Assembly (NCBI GenBank): GCA_951406725.2
Contig: OX597818.1
Span: 116,498,001 to 116,562,000 of the forward strand
DNA: 64,000 nucleotides
Source of the DNA: Octopus vulgaris
Lineage: Eukaryota
Reading direction: 5' to 3'
The translations under genes and the position numbers were made by a program. Shown in pieces: positions 29,541-43,985 of the stretch (its first letter is position 1; every line of letters begins with the position of its first letter). The notes under the pieces are model-generated. The model made no database searches. It was given only the letters and a program-made list of their open reading frames with translations, and had not been told where the DNA came from.

Positions 29541-30270
29541 TGACATGTTGAATCTGTTTGATCTTAGCAGAGTTAGGGTTATAAATCCACCATCGCCGCA
29601 GCCGCCACCACCACCGCCGCAGCCGCCGCCACCACCGCCATCACCACCACCCCTCTACCAATTCAGGGACGATAGAACCTGTAGCCGAAGAAATAGAAAA
29701 GAGACTTACTTTATTACAAAATACAGACCCCTTTTTGAAAGCGTCTACAACAAATGACATATCCACCACGGCCTTTGAATAACACAAATACACACGCAAA
29801 AATTACAAATGAAACATTCAAGAGATTCCCAAGAATTCATTAAAAAACAGTCCCAATCACTGCTATAATCCATAACGATCCAATTTTAGGTCACTTGACC
29901 ATTTAACACCTTACTACTATCATACTACCTACATTCCTTCTTCATTCTCCCTTTTCTTTCATCTTCTTCTTCTTCTTCTTCTTCTTCTCCTTCTTCTTCT
30001 TCTTCTTCTTCTTCTTCCCTACAAAGAATTCACAACGACCTCCAACCCACAAGAGTAAACAAGAAAGACAGAGATAGGCAGAAACAAGGAAAATGGCACT
30101 TGTATTTGAACACTATACAAATATTCTTTAAAAATCTTTTTTTAAATTTTTCCAAAATTTAATTGTATTCCATACTTACAGTTGAGAAAGTTTCAATTAC
30201 CGAAACCGGTACTGAAATGATTTTTATAAACTTATTTTAGCATTTACTACCGTGACTTTTTCCATGTATG

Positions 30271-30357
<87 letters not shown>

Positions 30358-30641
30358 GTATATATATAAGAATGTTTTTGCGTAATGTGATACAAAACAG
30401 AGAGTGAGGTGGAGGAAAGAAAATAGATGCAAGATATGTAGGGATAACCAAGGACCCATTTAAAACTCTGTTGGACTTTTGTCATAAGGTATTGGAATCT
30501 TACATATATACCTTTCTGCCCAAAAAAGGTATCTACAACTTCAATATCCCTACATACTTTGCATCCATTTTCTTTCCTCCACTTCACTCTCTATTTTGTA
30601 TCACATCTAAACTAACTATGACTTAACCATTTCCTAACACC

Positions 30642-30693
30642 GTCTCCGATCAAGGGATATAATTAATAAATATCCTGGAAACAGCTGTAAGAC
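30642..30693 (+). ncRNA. Degenerate hammerhead
   Basis: GTCT CCGATCA A GGGATAT-N9-ATATCCT G GAAA CAGCTG TA AGAC. Confidence 0.55.
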
Positions 30694-30888
30694 TTTCTAT
30701 CTATAAATATTCTAATATCTACTCATTACGCAAAAAATTCATATATACACACGCCGACATAGAACCATATTTGAACCCCTTATTCGCAAAATTACCGAAC
30801 CTGGAACTTAACTATGGTCTGTCTATAGCACTTATTCAGCATTACTTGACATCTTTGGGTCTCAATGGTACCATTACCTCTTATAACC

Positions 30889-30938
<50 letters not shown>

Positions 30939-31301
30939 TGCATGTATGATATATATGCATGTATCTTCCTTTCCTTCTTTGTCTTTAACACCACGTTCAG
31001 ATACAAACACACACATACATATGCTCTCTTCCTCACTTTCACCCCATTCCCCACCCTCTTGTACTATCTCATATCTCCCCCACCCTTATACACTCAATAA
31101 TACTATAAAAAGACTCAAACTTCCTGCAAAAGTTAGTTCAATTTGAAATCTCCACTAGAGTGGACGAAAGCGCTATTATATGATATATGATTTATAAAAA
31201 ACATGTAACACACTAATAAATATCTGTAAATATGAAACCATCCAGATTTCTGAGTACCTCATTTTTTCTAATATATAATACCTGTACATCATCTCCAAAC
31301 C

Positions 31302-31366
<65 letters not shown>

Positions 31367-31516
31367 AATGATTGATCCCCTATAGGCCTATTTAGTAATG
31401 ACATTTTACAAATATACTTTCTCAGCGAGATATAATATACCTAATATTATGGGTAATACTACATGTACTTTTCATATTTTTTATATTGTGATGTAACTCT
31501 TTGGAATAACAATGCA

Positions 31517-31609
31517 TGCAGCTGAAGAGAGCTTTAAACCATCTTTTATATCTATTATACACTGATGTAAGAACAGGTCGTTTATAAAGCTTGAAATACG
31601 TGTACCGCG
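31517..31609 (+). ncRNA. Hammerhead with long stem II
   Basis: TGCAG CTGAAGA GAGCTTTA...TAAAGCTT GAAA TACGTG TA CCGCG; stem I has one mismatch. Confidence 0.65.
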
Positions 31610-31640
31610 ACATCATTTTTGTTCTGTTTTCGATTGTATT

Positions 31641-31679
<39 letters not shown>

Positions 31680-31862
31680 TATATGTATGTATGTATGCAT
31701 GTATGTATATATGTCTGTATGTATATATAAATAATTTACAAAATTAGGGCAAAAGAAAAATTCTAATGCCAAATATGCCGAAAAAAAGACGAAAATTGCC
31801 AATAACCATTATAATTTATGCGTCTCGAAACAAACCGATAGAAATTTCTAAAAAATCCGTTA

Positions 31863-31923
31863 TCACCGTATTGGTCCCAATTTCGGGGTTAATTCATAAG
31901 AATTTTCCCTTCTTCAGCGATAA
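31863..31923 (-). ncRNA. Hammerhead ribozyme, intact core
   Basis: TTATCG CTGAAGA A GGG AAAATTC-TTAT-GAATT AA CCCC GAAA TTGG-GA-CCAA TA CGGTGA. Confidence 0.8.
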
Positions 31924-32957
31924 ATACGTGAGATATAAGTGAAATACTTACTCATATGTATGTTTGTAAGTATGTATGTATGTCTGTATGTATGTATGTA
32001 TGTATGCATGTATGTATGTATATATGTATGCATGTATGTATAGGTTAGGTAGAGAGCAATCAGAAAAAAACAGATAAAGGAAGGGGTATGACTTACGCAT
32101 AGTTGCAGCATTTTCAAGGTTAATGTCACACATGTATGAAAACACCAGTGGGAAGCCGTAGAATCGATGAACATACAGAGTAGTAACGCATTCTATGTCG
32201 TATAAACAGCAGTGAACACAGATGGAGCTATGGCTCCTATCATACTAAATGCATCCTTATTGTCCAATTACCTGATAAGTCTGAATTGATTGGAAGATAT
32301 CCAGGAAAAAGGTAAATCAAATATTTTATAAAACAAATGTTTCGGTTTGCAAGGAAAAGCATGTATCGACTATAAGGTTTCTCGCTTCTTTCTAACAATA
32401 GAATCGGTTATTGGTTTTCATGTAGAAAACGTCGGGTGGTCCAGCGACTTGTAAATCATGCTAATAGTTGAATGACTTTCAAGCGGCGGGTGATCATTTC
32501 TTCGCAGGAACAGAATATTACAGATCAATTATATTCTGATCACATTCATATTTTGATCATCGGGTTGGCGTTTTAATATGGTTTGTTTTTCCTCTGCTAG
32601 ACTATGATTACAGTTAGAGTGTATCGCTACAGTCACATTTTTCACCGTTTCCTATTTTACTTACACAAGAACACACACATACACCCCCACATATACATTT
32701 ATATATATATGTGTGTGTATATATATATATATATATACATATACCAACACACGGGCATGCACAAGTGCGTGTTTATGTATATATATATATACGTTTATAC
32801 AGATATATGCATGTATAAATATACATATATGTATATAAATATAAATATATATGTATATGTGTATATATATGTGTGTTTGTGTGTATACATATACATGCAG
32901 TTAATATACACATTTATATATGCACCTATATACACACACATGTATATGCATATATAC

Positions 32958-32999
<42 letters not shown>

Positions 33000-33472
33000 A
33001 CACAGATACACGCACCTAGACACATCGAGACACATAAACACACACGCGTACAGACACGTATACACACACGCACACAGACTCACACACAGATACACACACA
33101 CGTCTGTAGATATCTATATATTTATATGTATATATACTCATTAAGTGTAATTCACTGAAGAACCGAAAATACAGCAACTTTGATATAGATAAATCTATGT
33201 GCTGAAAGAATGCACATCGTATATAAAAGGAAATTATCGTGTTTGTAGCCTAAATACATAAAACTTTTCCACATGTAAGTCAAGAATGATAAATACTTCT
33301 AATCGTATATTAAGACACCGTTTCTTCTCAGTTCTCAAAAGCAACCACAAAACAAAGACAAAAATGTGGGTGACCACAGTTACATTTTGAAAACTTAGAA
33401 CCAGAAATACACAATAGACTGATCATCGGAGAGTTGTTACATTACATGAAATATAGTCACAAGTTATGAATA

Positions 33473-34180
33473 TACTTTTCTACTCTAGGCATAAGGCCCG
33501 AAATTTTGGGGATGGGTTCAGTCGATTAGATCGACTCCAGTACGCAGCTGGTACTTAATTTAATGACCTTGAAAGGATATATACATTTATATTTGTTTCT
33601 ACTCTAGGAACACGGTCCGAAATTTTTTGGGGAGGGAGCCAGTCAATTAGATCGACCCCAGAACGCAAATTTTACTTAATTTATCGACCCCGAAAAAATA
33701 AAACGCAAAGTTTACCGTGACGGAATTCGAAATCAGAACGTTTAGACAAAAGAAATACCAATTTTTTACTACCCACACGGGGCTAAACATAGAAGGGACA
33801 AATAAGGACAGACAAGCGTATTAGGTCGATTACATCGACCCCAGTGCGTAACTGGTACTTAATTTATCGACCCCGAAAGGACGAAAGGCAAAGTCGACCT
33901 TGGCGAAAATTGAAATCAGAAAGTAGCGGCAGACGAAATACCTATTTCTATTTCTTTACTAATCACAAGGGGCTAAACACAGAGAGGACAAACAAGGATA
34001 GACAAACGGATTAAGTCGATTATATCGACCCCAAAGCATAACTGGTACTTATTTAATCGACCCCGAAAGGATGGAAGGCAAAGTCGACCTCGGCGGAATT
34101 TGAACTCAGAACTCAGCGGCGGACAAAATACCACAAAGCATTTCACCCGGCGTGCTAACGTCTCTGCCAGCTCGCCGCCC
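33473..34180 (-). mobile_element. Multimeric SINE family A array
   Basis: Four successive core copies, two with the GGGGCTAAACA..GGACAAA extension. Confidence 0.88.
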
Positions 34181-34644
34181 TATAAACCATTTATATTTTC
34201 ACATCAATAGTAACAAGGCAGAAACGTAATGAATAAGTCCCTTCTTTTATTTCGCAATGGAATGTTGCCATTCCAATGCTGCTCCCTGAAAATGTGCTAT
34301 TTGTAGTATGGAGTTCAGACAGAAGGGGCTGGGATTTAGGTGTGCAGTAATAAAATGAAATATCTATGAATTTCTCCCCGGCGCTCTACCGGTAACACTG
34401 CCATTAATATTTTGACGACAGGATATTAATTTGGTTAACCGGATTCTATTTTACAATAGCAGTCTCCTCAGATACTTTCACTATTGTAGTCATGTATTCA
34501 TGTAATTAAAGAGCGATCTTCAAGACGAGTCAACTATGACTGCCTGACTTACACACACATACACACACACACTGGCATGCGCGCGCGCACACAAAACATA
34601 AGTATATATTCATATATAAAAGTGTGTATGTATATTACATATGC

Positions 34645-34834
34645 AACTATCTATCAATCTATCCATCCATCCATCTCTCTCTCTCTCTCAATCTTTATCT
34701 ATACATCCATCCATCCATCCATCTCTCTCTATCTATCTCTTTCTTTCTATCTATCTCTTTCACTCTCTCTCTGTCTCTCTATCTATCTGTCTATCCATCC
34801 ATCATCTCTGTATGTATGTATGTATGTATGTATG

Positions 34835-34870
<36 letters not shown>

Positions 34871-34972
34871 AATCGATCCTTCCATCTCTCTATCAATCCT
34901 TCCATCTCTCTATCCATCCATCCATCCATCCATCCATCCATCCATCCATCCAACCATCTATCTATCTATCTA

Positions 34973-35065
<93 letters not shown>

Positions 35066-35100
35066 ACAATCTATCTATCTATCTATCTAGCTAGCTATCT
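34645..35100. repeat. (TATC)n/(CCAT)n compound microsatellite
   Basis: Directly visible. Confidence 0.95.
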
Positions 35101-35132
35101 CTTTCCCTCCATATATACACCCAGACGCAAAC

Positions 35133-35193
<61 letters not shown>

Positions 35194-35719
35194 TGTCTAT
35201 ACATGAGTGCATATTTATAATACGGTAATTTATATGGGTAAATGAATATTAAACGTAAAGCAGTTCCCTCTTAGCTCTCACCTAGAACATTACAATAAAT
35301 CATATTGTCATATATATTAAACTGTTTCACAAAGTTCTAAAATAACACCAACATAAATTAATTTATTATTATAATACTCAACAGTACTTAACCTAAGTTA
35401 TATTAGTTATATAGTCACAGAGTTTTAGATAAAATAAATCCAGTGCATCGTTGTAATGTGTTAAATACAAACCAAAGATGCACCTGGCTAAACTGATTAC
35501 ATTATCTGTTTAACTTTATATAAGTAATTTAGGAGAGACCAAATCAATTGTCTTCAAGTAGGTAAGAGATAATTAAAAGCAAATATGCTTTTTGAGAAGA
35601 TATAAATCTTATTAATTTATTAATGCGAAACTATCTTTTCCCAAATTTCATTAACGCACATGCGCACACATGCACACACACTGACAGACAATCAGACAGA
35701 CTCACCAACGAACATGCAT

Positions 35720-35779
<60 letters not shown>

Positions 35780-35783
<4 letters not shown>

Positions 35784-36163
35784 ACATACATACATACATA
35801 CATATACATAAATATATATGCATATCTTATCATGCATACACGCACACATACACAGATAGATATACATACGTATGTAAGCATATTATGCATATCCTAGCAT
35901 GCATATATATATATACATACACATATGTGTGTGTGTGTGTGTAGGTAAGCACGCATGTATCTATCAATCTATCTATCTATATATCTATCTATCTATCTAT
36001 ACATATACATAAATATATATGCATATCTTATCATGCATACACACACACATACACAGATAGATATACATACGTATGTAAGCATATTATGCATATCCTAGCA
36101 TGCATATATATATATATACATACATATATATGTGTGTGTAGGTAAGCATGCATGTATCTATCA

Positions 36164-36175
<12 letters not shown>
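35780..36175. repeat. ~200-bp tandem duplication of microsatellite-rich sequence
   Basis: ATGCATATCTTATCATGCATACAC...GTAAGCATATTATGCATATCCTAGC...GTAGGTAAGCA occurs twice. Confidence 0.88.
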
Positions 36176-36240
<65 letters not shown>

Positions 36241-36754
36241 CCTATATATCTGTATATGTATGTGTGTGTGTGAATGCATATGTTGACACAGATATACAGA
36301 TACATAGATATACTTGCACTTTTTCAACAAATTGTGTTTTTTCGTAACTTCCAATTCACCTTGCGTTATATATCATACACAATTAGAAAATTACGATCGT
36401 AAATGAATTAAATATTTCCTACCATTGATCTATTCTTGATATTCTCAGAAACCGAGAGTGAGTTTAGTGGATTTGGTATATTATTTAGAATTTCAGAGGA
36501 AAAGAATGTGTTTGCAGGTCAGTTGCGATGCTTGCATATCTATATGTTTTCATTGAAATCTTTAAATATAAACGTTTAATATCTCTGGAATCTCATACCT
36601 TACTACTGCCACGTATAGCCACGACAGACAGAAAGAATAAGGTCGAAGCCGAAAATATGAGTTTACGGAACACCGAAACAACATTTATATATCACCTGAT
36701 GAAACACAACAAAACCTCATATTCTGGCAGAATGTCCCCCTGCTGTCTGTTTTA

Positions 36755-36972
36755 GTACGCTTTAGGTGGCATTGGTTTCTCTGATTTCTAGCCCTGTTGT
36801 GACGTGTGCTGCGGCCCTGAGAAGGGCTAAGTACTCGCTTCCAGCTCGGTACATTGGGGAGCGCTCTGACGATCTAGGTGTGAGGGTTCTTTCTTCTCGT
36901 GGTCCCTGTGAGATTCGAACCCGGATTGCCGGCTCCAAAGTCGCAGGCCTAAAGAGTACGCTAATCTAGCAC
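36755..36972 (-). mobile_element. Element with tRNA(Gln)-like head
   Basis: Minus strand GACTTTGGAGCC GGCAATCCGGGTTCGAATCTC ACAGGGACC (anticodon-like TTG and a B-box). Confidence 0.5.
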
Positions 36973-36989
36973 TCACTTGAATTGGGGCA

Positions 36990-37480
36990 AATTACACATT
37001 ATGTAGTTGGCCTTTGTTCCTCCCAGACCAGATCCAACTTGAGGCCTTCTCCGCCGTTTCTCCCATGGCCCTCAAGGTTCTAGTCCTGCTTCTCTCCAGA
37101 GATGGAAAGCTGTTTCATGAAGCTGTAGAAAGATGAACCCACAAATCACCTCGACTGCGTAGACTTTGGTTTTGAAACGCAGCGTCCCTCGGGTCTCTGG
37201 CCAAGTCGGCGTACTTTTCTGTCTTCTGGACATGGGCATCTTCACTCCTGGTTTTTCGTAAGGCACAGTGAGTTCGATCAGAAGGATCTGCTTGGTATTC
37301 TGGGAGTGGAGCACTATGTCGGATCTCGAGCCGGTCTTCTTGATGACCTCTGGATAGTCGTTCCACTCTGGGAGATCTGCAACGCACTCCCAGTCATCTA
37401 CTTCACTCAGCATGCCTTGTCTGCAGGATCTGCGTGGGATGTTTGTAGTTGGCCAAGTTGTCTTGCCTCCTGCCGCATCA
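36990..37480 (-). mobile_element. Hero-like RLE LINE 3' fragment
   Basis: DWECVADL..YPEVIKKTGSRSDIVLHS..ILLIELTVPYE; ends with ASSWIWS. Confidence 0.82.
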
Positions 37481-37619
37481 GTAGTACATAATAACATATA
37501 TATCCTTAACAATCGTTTCAGGTAATTGTATTTGTATTGGGCGAACTAATACATATGGCCTCATCAGAGGTACATTAAGCGATTAAAATAATTTTAGAAT
37601 AGTTTTTAAATATCTTTAT

Positions 37620-37945
37620 AATAGAGTTTTATATTTAAGACTTGAGGAATTATCTACACTATTTACATTATTTACATTTGACGGATGTAAATAATGGGCA
37701 TATGGCGTAGTGGTTAAAAGCGCGGGCTACAAACCCCAAGATTCCGAGTTCGATTCCAAGCGGTGATCTGAACAACAACAACAACGTCAATAATAATATC
37801 GAAAAATACCTTAAGAATGAGAACCCAAGTTCGAAATTTCCCCAAGACACCTGATGAAGGCTGCCGGGCATATCAGCCGAAATGTGGTGTTAACAACAAA
37901 CAAGATGAGGACAAATATCCGTCAAATGTAAATGATGTAAATAAT
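37620..37945 (+). mobile_element. tRNA-head (Pol III) plus hammerhead element with inverted partial terminal copy
   Basis: A-box TGGCGTAGTGG 37703-13; B-box GAGTTCGATTCC 37746-57; HHR 37846-37891; 37662-37687 inverted at 37916-37940. Confidence 0.7.
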
Positions 37946-39521
37946 CTTTAAAATAGTTTTAAAATATTATAACACAGCGCGGCCGTAAAGTGCAGGATGA
38001 AAGTATCTGGTTTGATTTGGTGTGCACATTCTAAAGCCTCATACAAATCATTCGCACCACAAGATATAATCTAAATTTGACCTATTATTAGTACATTGTA
38101 TAATGTAACATCCAGATGGCTACACATGTAGTATACCATATGTGATTTGTTAAGTAAGAACATCAAATATATATTTAAAGATGTGTAAATTAAATAAATG
38201 TTACTTAAATTACTTCAATAATCAAAGTTGAATAAATAAATTTTTGCAGGTTGATAATATAAAAATCTTTTAGCGGAAAATCAAATTTCTGAATACTATG
38301 TATAATATCCAATTTATATTCTATTTAAAATTCGCACTTCCTATACTGTCTGCACAGCATGTGAGGTAATGGCAGTTTAAAAAGAAATAAACAAAAAACA
38401 ATAAACAAGCAAAAATAAACAAAAAGCCAAACGTATACTGATGCACTTTCAAATATATTATTAATACTTTTTCTATATTTCTCAATTTACTTGAATATCG
38501 ATAGTAAATGCATAGTTAATATGTTTTCACGAACTTTAAAAAAAACCCAGTTTTAAGCATATTTAAAGAATCTTAAGCATTTTAATTCAAGTCTCATTTA
38601 AAATCAGTGATTTTAATTTCTCTATTGTTATTATATATAATTGATTACAAACATGTAATGATATACACCGTTCAATATTATTTAGTGTATGTAAATTTCC
38701 TCGATAATATTAAGATAAGAGTATCTTCTTTGACGTTTAATATCCTGACGTATATTCCAAAGCACGTAATGAGAAAGATGCAAACATTTAACAGATTATT
38801 TTGATCCAGCAATTGAGTGGCACTCAGACGGTATACAAGATAAAATATTACTGTATTTTCCGGCATACAATTCAAATGTTTCTGAGCAAAGTTTACAAGA
38901 CGTTTTGGAGGACCAAAAGCTCTGTTTGAAATCCAGGATTTGGAAATATATTGACGAAGTTCGATTATTTACATAACGTGTTTAATGCATATACTACGTC
39001 GGCTTGTAAGCGGGAAACCATGGTATAATGTTATACTGACATTAATCTTAATTACTGATATTAGTTCCTATCAGTTTGCTAAAAGGGAGAGACCCGGATG
39101 TGAATTCAGAACAAATTTACTAAATTTTAAATGTGCTTTAATGGCAGGTACCATTGTAAAGCCAATAACAACAGTATTCTGGTAAGGACCAGTGACCCGA
39201 CATATATCGAATTTGGGGGTGGGTGATTGATTAAGAAGCTTGCTTTGCAGTCACGTGGATTTGGGTTGAGTTCTACTGCGTGGCATCTTATACAAGTGTC
39301 TTTTAGTTTAACTTCGTGCTGACCAGTGCCCTGCGAATAAATTTGGCAGGACCCCGCATGGATTTCTTTTAGATAATAGACAACTACAACCCCTCTTTTT
39401 CTCTCTAACACCTCGAACTCTATACCAAACTATATTTAAAGAACACTTCAATGAAAAACCCCAGACATGTTTGTGACCCCCCTAAACTGTTTTTACTTCA
39501 ATTTTTTAGAACTTTTTACTG

Positions 39522-39562
39522 ATATCTGACAAGATGAGATTAATCATCGAAACCGGTAATGT
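39522..39562 (+). ncRNA. Minimal hammerhead, G8A decayed
   Basis: ATAT CTGACAA GATGA-GATTAA-TCATC GAAA CCGG TA ATGT. Confidence 0.65.
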
Positions 39563-41715
39563 TTTCTTTATATAATTTTAAAATCATTTCATTGAATTCT
39601 TTCTTCGATTGAAATGTCTTAGATTTACTTCTCTGCTATTTCCACCTCCATCTTTTATACATAAAAATTTGATTTGTATAAATCTCTAATAATTTTTCGA
39701 CTATATGTGTGTGTGTGTGTGTGTGTGTGTTTGTACTACAACTACTACTAAAGGATTTTGATAAGAGACCGATACGATAAGTACTAGATTTAAAAAGTAA
39801 GTGTTGCGGTCGATTTGTTCGACTTCAAACGTTACCCTAGTATGACTCCTGTTTAAACACTGAAGCCAATAAAAGATAAACATGGCAAAGTAGGCAGAAA
39901 ATAAATAAAATTAAGCACTCAAAATAACTGACGTTTTTTTTAATTAAATGGGGTACTAATTGGTTACAAAAAACAAAGGACCAATTAACAACACCTGTAT
40001 ATAAATAAACTGAATGTCTTGTTGATAGAAAAAAGATGCAATGTGAATATTTTCGTCCTAAATATTCAATACTATATTTAGATCTTAGTAACAATATTCC
40101 TAATTATAGCAAGGATTACTTCGACAGCATATAAGGCATTCTGAAGCCTAAACCGTTTTTTCTTTTTTTTGTAATTTTACACGTGGTGTTTTTTTTAACG
40201 AATTTCTGTTACTTTTCTCGATGTATGTACATCTATTTCTAATTATGTTAACTGTGTCAATGAGTGGCAATTTTATCAATTCTCCAAGGACAAACAAATA
40301 TGCTTTCTACTCGCTCTTCGACGTTGCTGTTCACATGATAAATGGCAGTGTAGAAAATGCAATGTAATTATTAGAAATTAATTGAGTTATAAAACGATTT
40401 CTATTTATTTAATTCAAAGTATAAGCTTGCTTCAAACAGAATTTATATCAACCAAAAGCAAAAAAATTGTCCCCTTCTGCATAAAAAACTTTATTTACAT
40501 TAAATATATGAAATAATTATATTCAACACACTATCAAATGCTGGTTCATAAAGCAACAGTTTTATACAAAGTTACCGTAAACACATTTCTAAATAATGAG
40601 ATGACTATTGCTATATAAGGTAATAACTATATTTATTTCTCGTGTTTTTCACACTACTTGTTCGTTCCTAACAGAAATCAATATATTCCTGTGAATTCTG
40701 ATATGAAATCACAAAGATGTACCAAATGGAGAAACTCAACGTGAACTTTATTGTATTTTGCTTTTGATTTTGCCTATACCAAATTCAAGAAATAAACATT
40801 AATATTGATACATATTTTATTACGCAAATGATATATTCTCCGTATATTCTCACATACAAAGTTTTCATCATTCATATGTGAATATCTCAAAGGTATATCC
40901 ACACAAATTTAATAGTACGAATAGTTACTACAAACGATAGTTTCTTAAGATTTGCTTCGAGAGGACACGGAGTTCTTTACTGTTCAAATATTATAAGTAT
41001 TTGTAATGCAACAGCTTTGATGTTACAAAGTTAATTTGTTGTTAGATGTTAGGTAATTTATATTTGAGAGGGACAAAGCAGAATTTTAGACAGAAGACAT
41101 CAAACTTCACGAAGAGACACAGCATAGCTAGCTACAAGCTTACAAACACGCACGCACACACATATATAGATGCAGTTGTATGTATTTGTATTTAAATGTA
41201 TGGATATATGTAATTAAATGTAGAAATATATGTAAGGATATATTATGTGTGTATAACTATATGTATATATGTATGTATGGATGGATGGTTATGGATATGT
41301 GCGTGTGCCCCTGTGCTTGTGTATGTTTATCGGATCATGTGGATTTATAGAGCTCTTTATTTGACGATCTGTTTCTGTTTGTCTTTCTTTATAACCTTCT
41401 CTTCATGAACTCTGGAGTGCTTCGAGATTTGGCCGTGTCCCCTTGATATTTTTCGTAAACATCGTCGCCCCTCGTTGCGTCCAAATCACTATAGATGGTA
41501 CCAAGCTTTATTATTGAGTAAATTTTCGTACCAGATTCCCTTTATATACAGTCTACTAACCCGCGTCGAAAATACAGTACGTTTGTCATATTGTTCCCCT
41601 TCAACAGTAGAAATATACTATCAGACTTTAAAACCCAACAAAAATATCCTACAAAACAAAAAACAAAACACAAACAAAAAAATTTATTGCACATATTGAG
41701 ATCTCTCTCTTTCTT

Positions 41716-41778
<63 letters not shown>

Positions 41779-41866
41779 CTGTTTAAATACATATAATTAT
41801 ATATATATATACACATATATGTATATATTCACACACACATACGCACACACATATATATGTATATAC

Positions 41867-41903
<37 letters not shown>

Positions 41904-43074
41904 CAGAGAGATGCATGTATTATATACATACATGCACATATAAATACACACACATGAAAGTGTAATTGTGTGCATTTGTTGTTTATGTATCCGCACTCTT
42001 TTGTTTCTCTCTGGTCCGGTTATGTAACATATTAGGTTTTCTATTTTGAAGTTCTTGTTACCCAGAACGATAATCCTTTTTTGTAATTTTATATTGGAAC
42101 AAATGTCTCAGAGATTCTAACTGTCACACTACGGATTCCACATTTAGTATCTCCCTAAGTTTATAAAAACTTCTAAATTACTTGCTCAAGTGAATTTCGT
42201 CTTTTGAGATGTTTATTTTAGCATTTCCCAGTGATGATTTGGATTTCGTGGTTGAAGTTCTTCATCTCTGTGTTTAAGAAAAAGATCGTATTGGTTGATT
42301 TGATGGAAGTAAATATGCTTGACATACCCGAATCAAAATTATTCAAAACCGATATTATATTCTCTTTAACGTTTTGTCCAGTTGTACTAAGGTAAAATAG
42401 TTAGTCCTTCCATGTTTTAATTACTTTGTCTTTTAGTTTCAATAATATTTCTGTAGATTTAGAGCATCGCCGTAAATCCAGAAAATTTGCGCATACTGGA
42501 GTAACTAATATTGCATATATTTCTTTTGCCTTGCAGCATGAAATAATCCGTTTGATGTATGATGGATGACATTAATAAAGGTTCAAACTCTAGGCGTATA
42601 TTCATCATTTTATACAATATCACCCTTGTAATTCTTGTGACGCATGATTGTACGAGGATGCCTAAATATGAAAGGAGTATTTCACTATTTGTTATTGTGA
42701 ATCTAATAAAAGGGTAGGGAGGTTTTGGATTATATGAAATATATATATGTACATGTATAAAGTGTCTTTTGATCTGTTTGAATAATAGAGCGCGCGCCGA
42801 GAAAACACATTTGTCAATGTTCTATCTATCGATCTATCTATCAAAATAAACGCGCACATATTTTATCTTTTGCTTTTTCTCCAGTCACTGGACTGCAGCT
42901 ATGCTGGGGTTTTAGTCAACTGAAACGACCCCAGGACCTACTTTCTAAAGGCTGCTGCTTACTCTGCTGTTCACATATACCGAGCCGTTTGGTTACGGGA
43001 GCGTAAAAAGTCACAAATGTCGGTTGTCAAAGAAGGCAGGGAACATACACACACACACACACACGCATACGCAC

Positions 43075-43107
<33 letters not shown>

Positions 43108-43139
43108 TGTATGTATGTATGCATGCATGCATGCATGTA

Positions 43140-43172
<33 letters not shown>

Positions 43173-43902
43173 ATGTATGTGTGTGTGTGTATGTATGTAT
43201 GTATATATTTCCGCAATTTTTCTGATCCCAAATGGCTTTTTTTTACATTTAGCACTATGTCTTTCTCCATTTCTAAGTTAAGGTTAAAAATAAAACAACC
43301 TTGCAAAACACAACTGAACTTTACGCAGGATAAAAGCACTCAAATAACGACAGCGAAGTGCACAACAAACTTTAGCAATCTGACTGTCGTCTGTATTCTG
43401 GACAACAGACGTCAGTTAGTCTTTTTCACCTCACAGGCTCCTTCATATTAGCCGGAGTGGCTGGATAATTTTTCCTTCCTTTAAGAACGGAAATTTTTCA
43501 TACATTAGAATTTAAATACTAATCTCTCTAAAGATTTATTGTTTCAAGAAAACATTGAATTTGAATTACTTTTAATTTTTACGATTATACATAACAGCTC
43601 TAGCTGTAACTTCTGAGCCCGTGTCAGACGCGTGTGAACTGTGTCGGGAGAACGTCTACTGCTAAAATTATTTTTTGACAGAGATGACCGCCAGATGACC
43701 GCCAGATGCTAAACGCAAGTAAATGAACTGCGACCACGCTCAATAAAAGGAGCCCGAGATATTGGCTGCAGTTACATACTTGAAGTCAGTGTTGGCTGAA
43801 GTGAAATCAGCTTGCAAATACACGTTCAATTAAAAAATTATACTCGGACTAAACTCGAACAGCCCGAGTGCCGGAGTCGCCACTGATATATACATACATA
43901 CA

Positions 43903-43985
<83 letters not shown>

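Noticed and set aside
29545-29757. Poly-proline ORF as a host exon
   Set aside because: (CCA/CCG)n microsatellite next to a SINE with no supporting coding context.
33150-33180. CTGAAGAACCGAAA
   Set aside because: No room for stem II and no stems I or III.
34577-35206. 209-aa ORF
   Set aside because: (TATC)n/(CCAT)n artefact.
37696-37770. Functional tRNA gene
   Set aside because: A and B boxes are present but the acceptor stem does not pair; treated as a SINE-type head.
42000-42800. Possible old Penelope relic on the minus strand
   Set aside because: Only faint motif hints; cannot be supported by eye.
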